From positions 140 through 64,139 of the forward strand of contig SVBD01000001.1 in the NCBI GenBank assembly GCA_015059045.1: DNA of 64,000 nucleotides, in the 5' to 3' direction. Positions 20,898 to 30,165 of this stretch are shown here, in pieces (position 1 is the first letter of the stretch; each line of letters starts with the position of its first letter). The position numbers and the translations under genes are program-made. Below the pieces are notes generated by a model. It did not search any database and had not been told where the DNA came from. It saw only the letters and a program-made list of their open reading frames with translations. The stretch is from Erysipelotrichaceae bacterium. GTDB taxonomy: Bacteria; Bacillota_I; Bacilli_A; RFN20; CAG-449.

Positions 20898-21545
20898 ATG
20901 GAAAAGTTAGAAATTATTAATCTTTATGATAAAGATGTCGTATTAAATATTAATTTGGCTAGTAAAGATTCACGTACTATTGGTCTTGTTGGTGGTCATT
21001 TATATTTAACATTAAAACCTAGTTATAATCTTCATTTGCTAAAAGTAAGATTAGAAAAAGTCTTTGATAGAAAGAAAATACATGAATTAAATTCTTCTTT
21101 CTATATCACTCCTTATTATGTCGATGTCTTAGGTGAAAGAAAAAGACTAGTAGACTTAAGTAAAGGGCAAAAACGAATTTCTAAAGAGGATTTCGTTGTT
21201 GAAAATGAAAAAGATTTACAAAAGAAAATTAAAACTTTAGCGAAAGATATTATTACTTCAAGAGTAATAAAATATCAAAAGATCATGAGCATACCAGTCA
21301 ACTATCAAGTAAAGATCACTAATATGAGGTCTAGTATTGGTAAAAATTACTATCAAAAGAAATTATTAACTTTTGATCATAATTTAATTCATTATTCTTT
21401 AGAAATCATAGATTCGGTAGTAATTCACGAATTAGCGCATTATTTTATCCAAAATCACTCACCTGAATTTTATAAAATAGTGCTAAATTATATGCCAAAT
21501 TATCGAAAAATAAGAAAAAAACTAATTATAGGAGAACGTCAATGA
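20898..21545 (+). CDS. YgjP/DUF45-family metallopeptidase-like protein
   Basis: IDSVVIHELAH...NHSPEFY motif. Confidence 0.85.
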   Translation: MEKLEIINLYDKDVVLNINLASKDSRTIGLVGGHLYLTLKPSYNLHLLKVRLEKVFDRKKIHELNSSFYITPYYVDVLGERKRLVDLSKGQKRISKEDFVVENEKDLQKKIKTLAKDIITSRVIKYQKIMSIPVNYQVKITNMRSSIGKNYYQKKLLTFDHNLIHYSLEIIDSVVIHELAHYFIQNHSPEFYKIVLNYMPNYRKIRKKLIIGERQ

Positions 21546-22264
21546 TTAAAGTAATTACATCAGTAAAAAATCAATTAATTAAAGATTTAGTTAGTTTAAA
21601 ATCTTCTTCAATTAAAAAGAAGGAGAATCGTTTTCTTATTGAAGGAGACGATTTAGTTTCACTTGCTTATGAAAATAATCAATTAGATATGATTTTAACA
21701 TTAGAGGAGAACTTATCTTATCCTGATATAGAGCAAATTATCACTTCAGAACAAATATTTGAAAAATTATCAAATAATAAATCACCTTCTAAAATTATTG
21801 GAGTTGCTCATTTTTCAAATAAAGAGATAAAAGGAGATAGAATCATCTTTTTGGATAATGTTCAAGACCCAGGAAATGTTGGAACAATTATTAGAACTGC
21901 ATTAAGCTTTTCTTATTCTGGAGTAGTTTTAGGTAACAATTCCGCATCGATGTATAATGATAAAGTCATTCAATCAACAAAAGGTGCTATATTTAAAATT
22001 CCAGTAATAGAAAATATTTCTTTATCTTTATTAAAAGATAAAGGATATCAAATTATTTCTACTTCATTACAAAATGCTTGTAACTATAAAGAATTTAATC
22101 CAAATGGTAAATTTGTTTTAGTCTTTGGAAATGAAGGACAAGGAATAAGTGAAGAAACATTGAAATTATCGGATGTATTAATTAAAATTAATATGGATCA
22201 TATCGATTCATTAAATGTAGCCATTGCTGCAGGAATTCTTATGAACCATTATCGAGGAGAATAA
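21542..22264 (+). CDS. TrmH/SpoU-family RNA methyltransferase
   Basis: QDPGNVGTIIRT, FGNEGQG and DSLNVAIA motifs. Confidence 0.93.
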   Translation: MIKVITSVKNQLIKDLVSLKSSSIKKKENRFLIEGDDLVSLAYENNQLDMILTLEENLSYPDIEQIITSEQIFEKLSNNKSPSKIIGVAHFSNKEIKGDRIIFLDNVQDPGNVGTIIRTALSFSYSGVVLGNNSASMYNDKVIQSTKGAIFKIPVIENISLSLLKDKGYQIISTSLQNACNYKEFNPNGKFVLVFGNEGQGISEETLKLSDVLIKINMDHIDSLNVAIAAGILMNHYRGE

Positions 22265-22963
22265 ATGAAAAGAGTAGTCATTTGTCTACATGGCTTGATT
22301 AAAGATGCCCCTCATGATTTTGTTCCATTTAAGAAATATGTTGAAGAACTAAATTTAGATTTCGAAGTGGACTTACTCATGTTGTATGATATTAGTAACA
22401 AGAAAACTTTTAAATTTAAAAACAAAGTTAAGTTACTACATAAAGTCATAGCCGATTACGAAGAAAAAGGATATGAAATTATCCTTGTCGGTTATTCTTT
22501 TTCATGTGGATTATGCGCGAAAATGGCTAAAAAACATAAAATTTCTAAAATTATTCTTGTCTCTCCAGTATTTAAAATTTTAACTAGAAAAGGTATTAAA
22601 TATTACTTTGGTTTATTTTTCAAATCATTTAAATTAAGAGCTAAAGCGACTGTTAACAAAAAGAAGAGAAATCGTTTAAAGAAAATGAATTCTTTATATT
22701 TATTTGATTTATTAGCGTCTTGTTTCTATTCATTATCTAGAACTAATAAACTTTATAAAAGAATTAAATGTCCATTATTTATTATGTTTGGAGAATTTGA
22801 TGATATTTCCGAACCAACATTAATTGGTAAAATAAGAAAACAAGTTCATCATAGTGTTAATGTTAATATTAAATTCTATAAAGGAGCAAATCACGTATTT
22901 ATCATGTCTAATAAGGTTGATAAAATTCCTTATTATAATGATATGATTAATTTTATTAATTAA
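22265..22963 (+). CDS. Alpha/beta-fold hydrolase
   Basis: CLHG, nucleophile elbow VGYSFS, GEFD and ANH. Confidence 0.8.
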   Translation: MKRVVICLHGLIKDAPHDFVPFKKYVEELNLDFEVDLLMLYDISNKKTFKFKNKVKLLHKVIADYEEKGYEIILVGYSFSCGLCAKMAKKHKISKIILVSPVFKILTRKGIKYYFGLFFKSFKLRAKATVNKKKRNRLKKMNSLYLFDLLASCFYSLSRTNKLYKRIKCPLFIMFGEFDDISEPTLIGKIRKQVHHSVNVNIKFYKGANHVFIMSNKVDKIPYYNDMINFIN

Positions 22964-22984
22964 CTTATATAAATATTTTGAATC

Positions 22985-23022
22985 AGCCAACTGCACTAGC
23001 AAATAGAAAGGTTGGCTTTTTT
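22985..23022 (+). terminator. Intrinsic terminator abutting the poly-G promoter
   Basis: AGCCAAC...GTTGGCT followed by a T run. Confidence 0.65.
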
Positions 23023-23054
23023 ATTGACAAAAATATGCGGGGGGGGGGTATAAT
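23023..23054 (+). promoter_or_regulatory. sigmaA promoter with G10 homopolymer in the spacer (copy 1)
   Basis: TTGACA (23024-23029), AAAATATGC, G10 (23039-23048), TATAAT (23049-23054); spacer 19 bp. Confidence 0.9.
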
Positions 23055-23095
23055 TTTTATGAATATATAATTAATTATATAAATGGAGGTTCCAT

Positions 23096-25357
23096 ATGAA
23101 TAATAAGAATAGAAAATCGTTTCGTTTTACATTATCTTTCCTTTTAGCGGCTTTTTTAGGTTTTGGAATGGTTTCTTGTGGAGAAAATAATAATCCTATA
23201 AGTAATCAATCATCTCAAGAATCTATTAGCGAAAATGTTAGTTCTAACGAAGATAGTTCATTTGTATCATCTGAATCAAGTGAAGAATCTTCTAATGAAG
23301 AAACATCAGAAGAAGAAAGTAGTGAATTACCACCATCTTCAGAAGTAACAAGTGAGGATGCAACATCAGAAGAAATAAGTTCAAATGTAACAAGTGAAGA
23401 ATCTTCTAATGAAGAAACATCAGAAGAAGAAAGTAGTGAATTACCACCATCTTCAGAAGTAACAAGTGAAGATGCAACATCAGAAGAAATAAGTTCAGAA
23501 GTAACAAGTGAAGAATCTTCAAGTGAAGAAACATCAGAAGAAGAAAGTAGTGAATTACCACCATCTTCAGAAGTAACAAGTGAAGATGCAACATCAGAAG
23601 AAATAAGTTCAGAAGTAACAAGTGAAGAATCTTCAAGCGAAGAAACATCAGAGGAAGAAAGTATCGAACATACTCATGTTTACGAAGAAGAAATATTAGT
23701 AGAACCAACATGTGAAAAAAAAGGTTATACAAAATATACATGTCATTGTGGTGATATTTATGTGGAAACTATTCCTGAATTAGGACACGATTTAACTTAT
23801 CATCCAGCTATTGCTCCATCATGTACAACTCCAGGATGTAATGATTATGAATCATGTAATAGATGTGATTATACAACTTTAGAAACTATACCAGCATTAG
23901 GTCATAATGAAGCAACAACCCCACAAATTGATCCTACATGTACTAGTGTAGGATATACAGAAGTAATATATTGCTCAGTATGTGATGAAATTTTTGTGGA
24001 GAAAGAAGAAATTCCAGCATTGGGACATTCATATGAAGAAGAAATATCAGTAGAACCAACATGTACAGAAGAAGGTTATACAAAATATACATGTCATTGT
24101 GGTGATATTTATGTGGAAACTATTCCTGAATTAGGACACGATTTAACTTATCATTCAGCTATTGCTCCATCATGTACAATACCTGGATGTAATGATTATG
24201 AATATTGTAATAGATGTGATTATACAACTTTAGAAGAAATACCAGCATTAGGTCATAATGAAGTAACAATCCCACAAATTGATCCAACATGTGAAGGAGT
24301 AGGATATACAGAAGTAATATATTGCTCAGTATGTGAAGAAATTTTAGTGGATAAAGAAGAAATTCCTGCAGTAGGACATACATATGAAGAAGATGTGATA
24401 GCTCCAACATGTACAGAAGAAGGTTATACAAAATATACATGTCATTGTGGCGATACATATAATGATAATTATGTAGATGTCTTAGGACATACATATGAAG
24501 AAGAAGTTGTAGAACCAACATGTACAGAAGAAGGTTATACAAAATATACATGTCATTGTGGCGGTATATATAAAAATAATTATGTAGATGCTTTAAATCA
24601 TAATTTTGTTGATGGATTATGTGAAAATTGTGGATGTGAATATTATTATAGTCAAGACTTATTATATGATTTAGTTGAAAACAATGGTGAATATTATTAT
24701 CGTGTTGAAGGTAATGGAAATAATAAAAATAGTGAAATTGTAATTCCTTCAATGCATAATGGATATCCAGTTAAAGAAATTGGATATGGAGCATTTAAAG
24801 GAGTCGGAATAACAAGTCTCATATTCTTAAAAAATTCAAATGTTGAATTAATAGAAGCTAGTGCATTTGAAAATTGCCAATATTTAAATAAAATAATTTG
24901 GCCTGATAGTTTAAAGAAAATAGAACAAAATGCTTTTTTTGGTTGTGTTAAACTTATTAGAATTAAATTTCCTGAATCTTTAGAAGAAATTGAACCTGGA
25001 ATATTCCAAAATTGTGAATCGTTAATTAGTGTTGAATTTCCAAGTAAAATTACTAAATTAAATGGTTATTTATTTGGTAATTGTTCTTCATTACAAAAAG
25101 TAGTGACCAAAGGTGAAATTGAAACTATTGGCGATAGTTTATTTGCATATTGTAATAAATTGGAGTACTTTATAATTCCTTGGACTGTAGAAAACATGGG
25201 TGGAAAAGTATTTGAAGGCTGTGACAATGTTGTCATTTATTGTGAATTTGAAGAAGAGCAATTTGGTTGGTCGGTATTATGGAATCAAGGTAATAGACCT
25301 GTTTATTGGAAAGGCCAATGGGAATATGTAGACGGAATTCCTACTCCAATTGAATAA
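23096..25357 (+). CDS. Surface lipoprotein with Ser/Glu repeats, Cys/His-rich repeats and BspA-type (LRR_5) leucine-rich repeats
   Basis: Lipobox-like MVSC after a signal peptide; PTC..GY...C..C...LGH repeats; repeated IxxxAFxxCxxL units; GGAGG RBS. Confidence 0.88.
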   Translation: MNNKNRKSFRFTLSFLLAAFLGFGMVSCGENNNPISNQSSQESISENVSSNEDSSFVSSESSEESSNEETSEEESSELPPSSEVTSEDATSEEISSNVTSEESSNEETSEEESSELPPSSEVTSEDATSEEISSEVTSEESSSEETSEEESSELPPSSEVTSEDATSEEISSEVTSEESSSEETSEEESIEHTHVYEEEILVEPTCEKKGYTKYTCHCGDIYVETIPELGHDLTYHPAIAPSCTTPGCNDYESCNRCDYTTLETIPALGHNEATTPQIDPTCTSVGYTEVIYCSVCDEIFVEKEEIPALGHSYEEEISVEPTCTEEGYTKYTCHCGDIYVETIPELGHDLTYHSAIAPSCTIPGCNDYEYCNRCDYTTLEEIPALGHNEVTIPQIDPTCEGVGYTEVIYCSVCEEILVDKEEIPAVGHTYEEDVIAPTCTEEGYTKYTCHCGDTYNDNYVDVLGHTYEEEVVEPTCTEEGYTKYTCHCGGIYKNNYVDALNHNFVDGLCENCGCEYYYSQDLLYDLVENNGEYYYRVEGNGNNKNSEIVIPSMHNGYPVKEIGYGAFKGVGITSLIFLKNSNVELIEASAFENCQYLNKIIWPDSLKKIEQNAFFGCVKLIRIKFPESLEEIEPGIFQNCESLISVEFPSKITKLNGYLFGNCSSLQKVVTKGEIETIGDSLFAYCNKLEYFIIPWTVENMGGKVFEGCDNVVIYCEFEEEQFGWSVLWNQGNRPVYWKGQWEYVDGIPTPIE
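23277..23663 (+). repeat. Coding tandem repeat, 114-bp unit (38 aa), about 3.4 copies
   Basis: CAAGTGAAGAATCTTC recurs at 23277, 23391, 23505 and 23619; the copies are nearly identical. Confidence 0.93.
23681..24604 (+). repeat. Coding duplication: two 351-bp units (117 aa) followed by two 111-bp units (37 aa)
   Basis: YEE..PTC units start at 23681, 24032, 24383 and 24494. Confidence 0.88.
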
Positions 25358-25521
25358 TAATCGATCAATTTTGAAGGTCACATTTGTGGCCTTTTAATTG
25401 TTGTTTCATTTTTTATGAATATAATTTGATTCTAAAATTCGATATTTATAGAATTGATATAATTTTAAAAATAAACATAATCTATTTGCATTTTATAAAT
25501 TTATATTTATAATATTAAAAG

Positions 25522-25750
25522 AAGCGTAAGAAGACAAAAGCCAATTAATAGGTAAAAGAGAGTTTCTCATATGGTGAAAGAGAAATAACTGAAAAGATTG
25601 AAACTTATCACTTCCTAGCTATGTTTCTGAACTAATAGTAAGTTACATCGGTTGTGCGTTATAGCTAAATGAAGGTGTCTAGAGAATATTATTCTAGAAA
25701 CTAAGGTGGTACCGCGTATTTCAACGTCCTTAGAAATAGGGACGTTTTTA
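25522..25750 (+). promoter_or_regulatory. T-box riboswitch (Ile)
   Basis: AGAGA and GGTGAAA stem I motifs, specifier ATC at 25607-25609, T-box AAGGTGGTACCGCG at 25703-25716, and terminator AACGTCCT...AGGGACGTTTTT. Confidence 0.92.
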
Positions 25751-25770
25751 TATTTTAAGGAGGAAAATTC

Positions 25771-28515
25771 ATGGAATTAAAAGACACATTATTGATGGGT
25801 AAAACTAATTTTGAAATGAGAGGTAACCTATCTAATAAAGAACCATTAATGTTAAAGAAATGGGAAGAAGATAATCTTTATAAGAAGGAACAAGAAAAGA
25901 ATAAAGGCAATAGACAATATGTACTACATGATGGTCCACCATACGCTAATGGGGATATGCACTGTGGACATATGTTAAATCGTATCTTAAAAGATATTAT
26001 TTTACGTTATAAATCAATGTCTGGTTTTGATACACCTTTCTATCCTGGTTGGGATACTCATGGTTTACCAATTGAAAATGCAGTAACTAAATCAGGAGTA
26101 AATAGAAAAACTACTCCTCCAGCAGAATTTAGAAAAAAATGTGAAGAATATGCTTATAAGCAAGTTGATCGTCAAATGGCTCAAATCAAGCGTTTAGGAA
26201 TTGGAGCTGATTTTGATGATAAATATATCACATTACAAAAAACATTTGAAAAAGATCAAATTAGAGTATTTAAAGAAATGGCTCTAAAAGATTTCATTTA
26301 TAAAGGGTTAAAACCTGTTTATTGGTCTCCATCAAGTGAATCTGCTCTTGCAGAAGCTGAAATTGAATACTTTGATGTTGAAGCTAAAACTATCTTTGTT
26401 CGTTTCAAAGTAGTAGATGGAAAAGGTGTTTTAAATCCTGAAACAGATTACTTTGTAATCTGGACTACAACTCCTTGGACAATTCCTGCTAACTTAGCTA
26501 TCTGTGTTAATGAATTACTAGAATATGGTTTATTTAAAACAGAAAAAGGTAATTTAGTTTTCTTAACATGCTTACAAGATGATTTAAAAGCTAAATTAGG
26601 TTTAGAAACTTGTGAATTAGTTAAAACATTTAAAGGTAAAGAATTTGAAGGAATTACTACTAAACATCCTTTATACGATAGAGAATCAATTTTAATTTTA
26701 GGTAATCACGTAACTGCTGATGCAGGTACAGGATGTGTACATACTGCTCCAGGTCATGGTGCTGATGACTTTAATGTCGGCGCTAAATATCATTTACCAC
26801 CATACTGTCCAGTTGATGAACATGGTATGATGGATGAAACTTGTGGAGAAAGATTACAAGGATTATTCTATGAAAAAGCAAATGAAGAAGTTCTAGTAAT
26901 GTTACAAGAAGTTGATGCTTTATTACATATGGAAAGTATTACTCACTCATATCCACATGACTGGAGAACTAAAAAACCTGTTATCTTTAGAGCGACTCCT
27001 CAATGGTTCTGTTCTATTGATAAAATTAGAAGTGAATTATTAGAACAAATTGATAAAGTTAATTGGACTCCATCTTGGGGTAAATTAAGAATGCACAATA
27101 TGATTAAAGATAGAGGAGATTGGTGTATTTCTCGTCAAAGATTATGGGGTGTACCAATTCCAATTATCTATAATGAAGATGGAACTCCAATTATGGAAAA
27201 AGAAGTCTTTGATCATATTGAAGAATTAGTTGGTCAATTTGGATCAAATGTTTGGTTTGAAAGAGAAGCAAAAGATTTATTACCAGATGGATACACAAAT
27301 CCAGCTTCACCAAATGGAAACTTCAGAAAAGAAACAGACATCATGGATGTATGGTTTGATTCAGGCTCATCATTCTTTACAGAAATAAGAAGAGGATATA
27401 ACTTCCCAGTTGATTTATACTTAGAAGGTAGTGACCAATATCGTGGTTGGTTTAACTCTTCATTAATTATCTCAGTTGCAACTAAAGGTGTTGCTCCATA
27501 TAAAAATGTTTTATCACATGGATTTATTCTTGATGGTAAAGGACAAAAAATGTCTAAATCATTAGGTAATGGTATTGATCCTAATAAGATTATCAATGTC
27601 TATGGGGCTGATATCTTAAGATTATGGTGTGCAACAGTAGATTATCAAAGTGATGTTAGAATTTCTGAAGATTTAATTAAGAAAGTATCAGATACATATC
27701 GTAAGATTAGAAACACATTTAAATTCATGTTAGCAAACCTTAACGATACAGAAACTGAATCATTTAATTATGAATTAAATCATGTTGAAACATTTACTAA
27801 ATTAGGTCAATATGTTCTAGCAAGTTTAGAAGATACAAAGAATAAAGTAATTGCTTATTACGATAACTATGATTTCTCAAATGCAATGTCAGCTTTATTA
27901 AACTTCTTAACTGGAGATTGTTCAGCTCTTTACTTCTCAATTGCAAAAGATCCTTTATATTGTAATAGTAAAGATGATTCTTTAAGAAGAGAAATTCAAA
28001 CAGTTATCTATCATGTAGTTCATACAATGAGTAGATTATTTGCGCCTGTATTATGTTTTACAATGGATGAAGTATATCAAAATATTCCTCATAAAGATAA
28101 AGAACATATTTCATTAGAGGATATGCCTCAAGTTACTCATGAATATGATGCTTCATTATTAGAAGAATTTAATTTATTTAAAGAAGTTAGAGATCAAGTA
28201 ATGAAAGCTTTAGAAGAAGCAAGAGCAAATCAAGTAATTCGTTCATCTCAAGAAGCTAAAGTAACTTTAAATATTAAAGACAGTAAAGCTAAAGCATTAT
28301 TTGAATCATTTACTAAAGAAGAATTAAGATTATTCTTTATTGTAAGTGAAGTAGAATTATCTAGTGAAGTTCAACCTACAGACTTTGAATTAGTAAGTGT
28401 CAATGTTATTCACCACGAAGGACAAAAGTGTGAAAGATGTTGGAATTACTTTGATGAATTAGTAAAACATGAAGAAAATTGCATTTGTGCAAGATGTAAA
28501 AAGGTAATTGAATAA
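25771..28515 (+). CDS. ileS: Isoleucine--tRNA ligase (type 1)
   Basis: DGPPYANG, HCGH (HIGH variant), WTTTPWT, GSDQYRGWF, KMSKS and a C-terminal Zn finger. Confidence 0.97.
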   Translation: MELKDTLLMGKTNFEMRGNLSNKEPLMLKKWEEDNLYKKEQEKNKGNRQYVLHDGPPYANGDMHCGHMLNRILKDIILRYKSMSGFDTPFYPGWDTHGLPIENAVTKSGVNRKTTPPAEFRKKCEEYAYKQVDRQMAQIKRLGIGADFDDKYITLQKTFEKDQIRVFKEMALKDFIYKGLKPVYWSPSSESALAEAEIEYFDVEAKTIFVRFKVVDGKGVLNPETDYFVIWTTTPWTIPANLAICVNELLEYGLFKTEKGNLVFLTCLQDDLKAKLGLETCELVKTFKGKEFEGITTKHPLYDRESILILGNHVTADAGTGCVHTAPGHGADDFNVGAKYHLPPYCPVDEHGMMDETCGERLQGLFYEKANEEVLVMLQEVDALLHMESITHSYPHDWRTKKPVIFRATPQWFCSIDKIRSELLEQIDKVNWTPSWGKLRMHNMIKDRGDWCISRQRLWGVPIPIIYNEDGTPIMEKEVFDHIEELVGQFGSNVWFEREAKDLLPDGYTNPASPNGNFRKETDIMDVWFDSGSSFFTEIRRGYNFPVDLYLEGSDQYRGWFNSSLIISVATKGVAPYKNVLSHGFILDGKGQKMSKSLGNGIDPNKIINVYGADILRLWCATVDYQSDVRISEDLIKKVSDTYRKIRNTFKFMLANLNDTETESFNYELNHVETFTKLGQYVLASLEDTKNKVIAYYDNYDFSNAMSALLNFLTGDCSALYFSIAKDPLYCNSKDDSLRREIQTVIYHVVHTMSRLFAPVLCFTMDEVYQNIPHKDKEHISLEDMPQVTHEYDASLLEEFNLFKEVRDQVMKALEEARANQVIRSSQEAKVTLNIKDSKAKALFESFTKEELRLFFIVSEVELSSEVQPTDFELVSVNVIHHEGQKCERCWNYFDELVKHEENCICARCKKVIE

Positions 28516-29123
28516 TGAAAGAAAAGTTAGTTAATTTACATGAATTATGTAAAAAATACCATATATACTTCTATTTGATTATGGTAGGATTAATCGCTCT
28601 TGATTTAACTACTAAATATGTGATGGAAGCAATTTTACTTGATGCACCAAATCATAGGATAGAAGTAATTGATGGCTTCTTTACCTTGAGTTTAGTTTAC
28701 AATCCAGGAGCATTCTCTGGAATGCTAGGTGATAGTATTTTTGGAAGAATTATTTTAATGTTATTGTCTCTTATATGTGGAGTAGTAATGTTATGGTATT
28801 TCATTAAATCATTTTCTAAAATGGGTAAATTAGAGTTGTTTGGTATTACTTTAGCAATTCCAGGTACCTTAGGAAACTTATGGGATCGTACTTTACAAGT
28901 CTTTGGTCTACAAGAAGGAGTAATCGACTTCTTGGAATTTGATTTGGGCTTTATGGTATGGAATACATTTAATATCGCTGATTCATTACTTGTAATTGGT
29001 ATTATTGCTTTTGCAGTTGGATATCTAATTAGAGACAGTAAAGAAGAGAAGAAAAAAGAACAAGAACGTTTGAAATTCTATGAAGAAAAGAAAAACGAGG
29101 AAGAAGAGTTAAAAGATGAATAA
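28515..29123 (+). CDS. lspA: Lipoprotein signal peptidase II
   Basis: DLTTK, NPGAFS, GNLWDR, VIDF and FNIAD motifs; ileS-lspA-rluD synteny. Confidence 0.93.
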   Translation: MKEKLVNLHELCKKYHIYFYLIMVGLIALDLTTKYVMEAILLDAPNHRIEVIDGFFTLSLVYNPGAFSGMLGDSIFGRIILMLLSLICGVVMLWYFIKSFSKMGKLELFGITLAIPGTLGNLWDRTLQVFGLQEGVIDFLEFDLGFMVWNTFNIADSLLVIGIIAFAVGYLIRDSKEEKKKEQERLKFYEEKKNEEEELKDE

Positions 29124-30030
29124 AGTAGTAGTCACAAATGAATTTGAACAAACTCGTTTAGATGCATTTTTAGTAACTCTTTTAGATGGTAAATCAAGAA
29201 GTTACGCTCAAAAGGTAATTGAAGAAGGTAAATGTCTAGTCAATGGTAAAACAAGCAAACACTCTTATAAAATAAGAGTGAATGATGTAATTGAATATGA
29301 TTTATTAGAAGAAAAACAATTAAACTTAGAAAAGAAAGACATCTCTTTAGATATTATTTATCAAGATGAAGATATCGTTGTGATTAATAAACCTAGAGGA
29401 ATGGTGGTTCACCCTTCTAATGGTCATTATGATGGAGATACATTAGTTAATGCATTATTATATTCAATCAAAGATTTATCAAGCATTAATGGGGTAGTGC
29501 GCCCAGGTATTGTTCATCGTATTGATAAAAATACTTCTGGCTTACTTGTAGTCGCTAAAAATGATACCGCTCATATTTTCCTTCAAGAACAATTAAAGGA
29601 TCATTCAATGCATAGAGAATACTATGCTTTAGTGGAAGGAGTAATTCCTCATACTGATATTAAAATTGATGCGCCAATTGGAAAAGATCCTAAAGATAGA
29701 TTAAAAAGAGCAATTGATATCTATGAAGGAAAAGACGCAGTAACTCATGTTCACGTTGAAGAAAGATTTAAAGAACATACACTTGTTTCTTGTAGACTTG
29801 AAACTGGTAGAACTCATCAAATTAGAGTTCATTTAAGATATATTAATCACCCAATTGTTGGTGATCCAGAATATGGTAAAAGACATCAAAAATTCTCTTG
29901 TTCAGGACAAATGTTACATGCGTATAAATTAACTTTTATTCATCCAACAACAAAGAAAGAGATGACATTTACTTGTCCTAGAGATAGTGAATTTGAATGT
30001 GTATTAGAACAAGCAAGAAATTTAAAATAA
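29116..30030 (+). CDS. rluD: RluA/RluD-family pseudouridine synthase
   Basis: S4 domain, NKPRGMVVHP, HRIDKNTSG and TGRTHQIRVH motifs. Confidence 0.9.
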   Translation: MNKVVVTNEFEQTRLDAFLVTLLDGKSRSYAQKVIEEGKCLVNGKTSKHSYKIRVNDVIEYDLLEEKQLNLEKKDISLDIIYQDEDIVVINKPRGMVVHPSNGHYDGDTLVNALLYSIKDLSSINGVVRPGIVHRIDKNTSGLLVVAKNDTAHIFLQEQLKDHSMHREYYALVEGVIPHTDIKIDAPIGKDPKDRLKRAIDIYEGKDAVTHVHVEERFKEHTLVSCRLETGRTHQIRVHLRYINHPIVGDPEYGKRHQKFSCSGQMLHAYKLTFIHPTTKKEMTFTCPRDSEFECVLEQARNLK

Positions 30031-30059
30031 AAAAAGTATCCGCTCGGATACTTTTTTTT
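30030..30059 (+). terminator. Intrinsic terminator of the ileS operon
   Basis: AAAAAAGTATCCG-CT-CGGATACTTTTTTTT. Confidence 0.85.
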
Positions 30060-30104
30060 GTTGATGAATTAACTAAGAAAGTTATAATCTGTGCACATAA
30101 TAAC

Positions 30105-30137
30105 ATTGACAAAAATATGCGGGGGGGGGGGTATAAT
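30105..30137 (+). promoter_or_regulatory. sigmaA promoter with G11 homopolymer in the spacer (copy 2)
   Basis: TTGACA (30106-30111), AAAATATGC, G11 (30121-30131), TATAAT (30132-30137); spacer 20 bp; otherwise identical to 23023-23054. Confidence 0.9.
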
Positions 30138-30165
30138 AATTATAAATTAAATTAGGGGATAAAAT

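Noticed and set aside
23277-24604. Regular repeats that could be mistaken for a CRISPR array
   Set aside because: Units are 114, 351 and 111 bp, all multiples of three and in frame within a lipoprotein gene, with no unique spacers and no cas genes.
25960-25975. HCGH in place of HIGH in IleRS as a mupirocin-resistance or novelty signal
   Set aside because: The second position of HIGH varies widely, and the enzyme is otherwise an ordinary type 1 IleRS.
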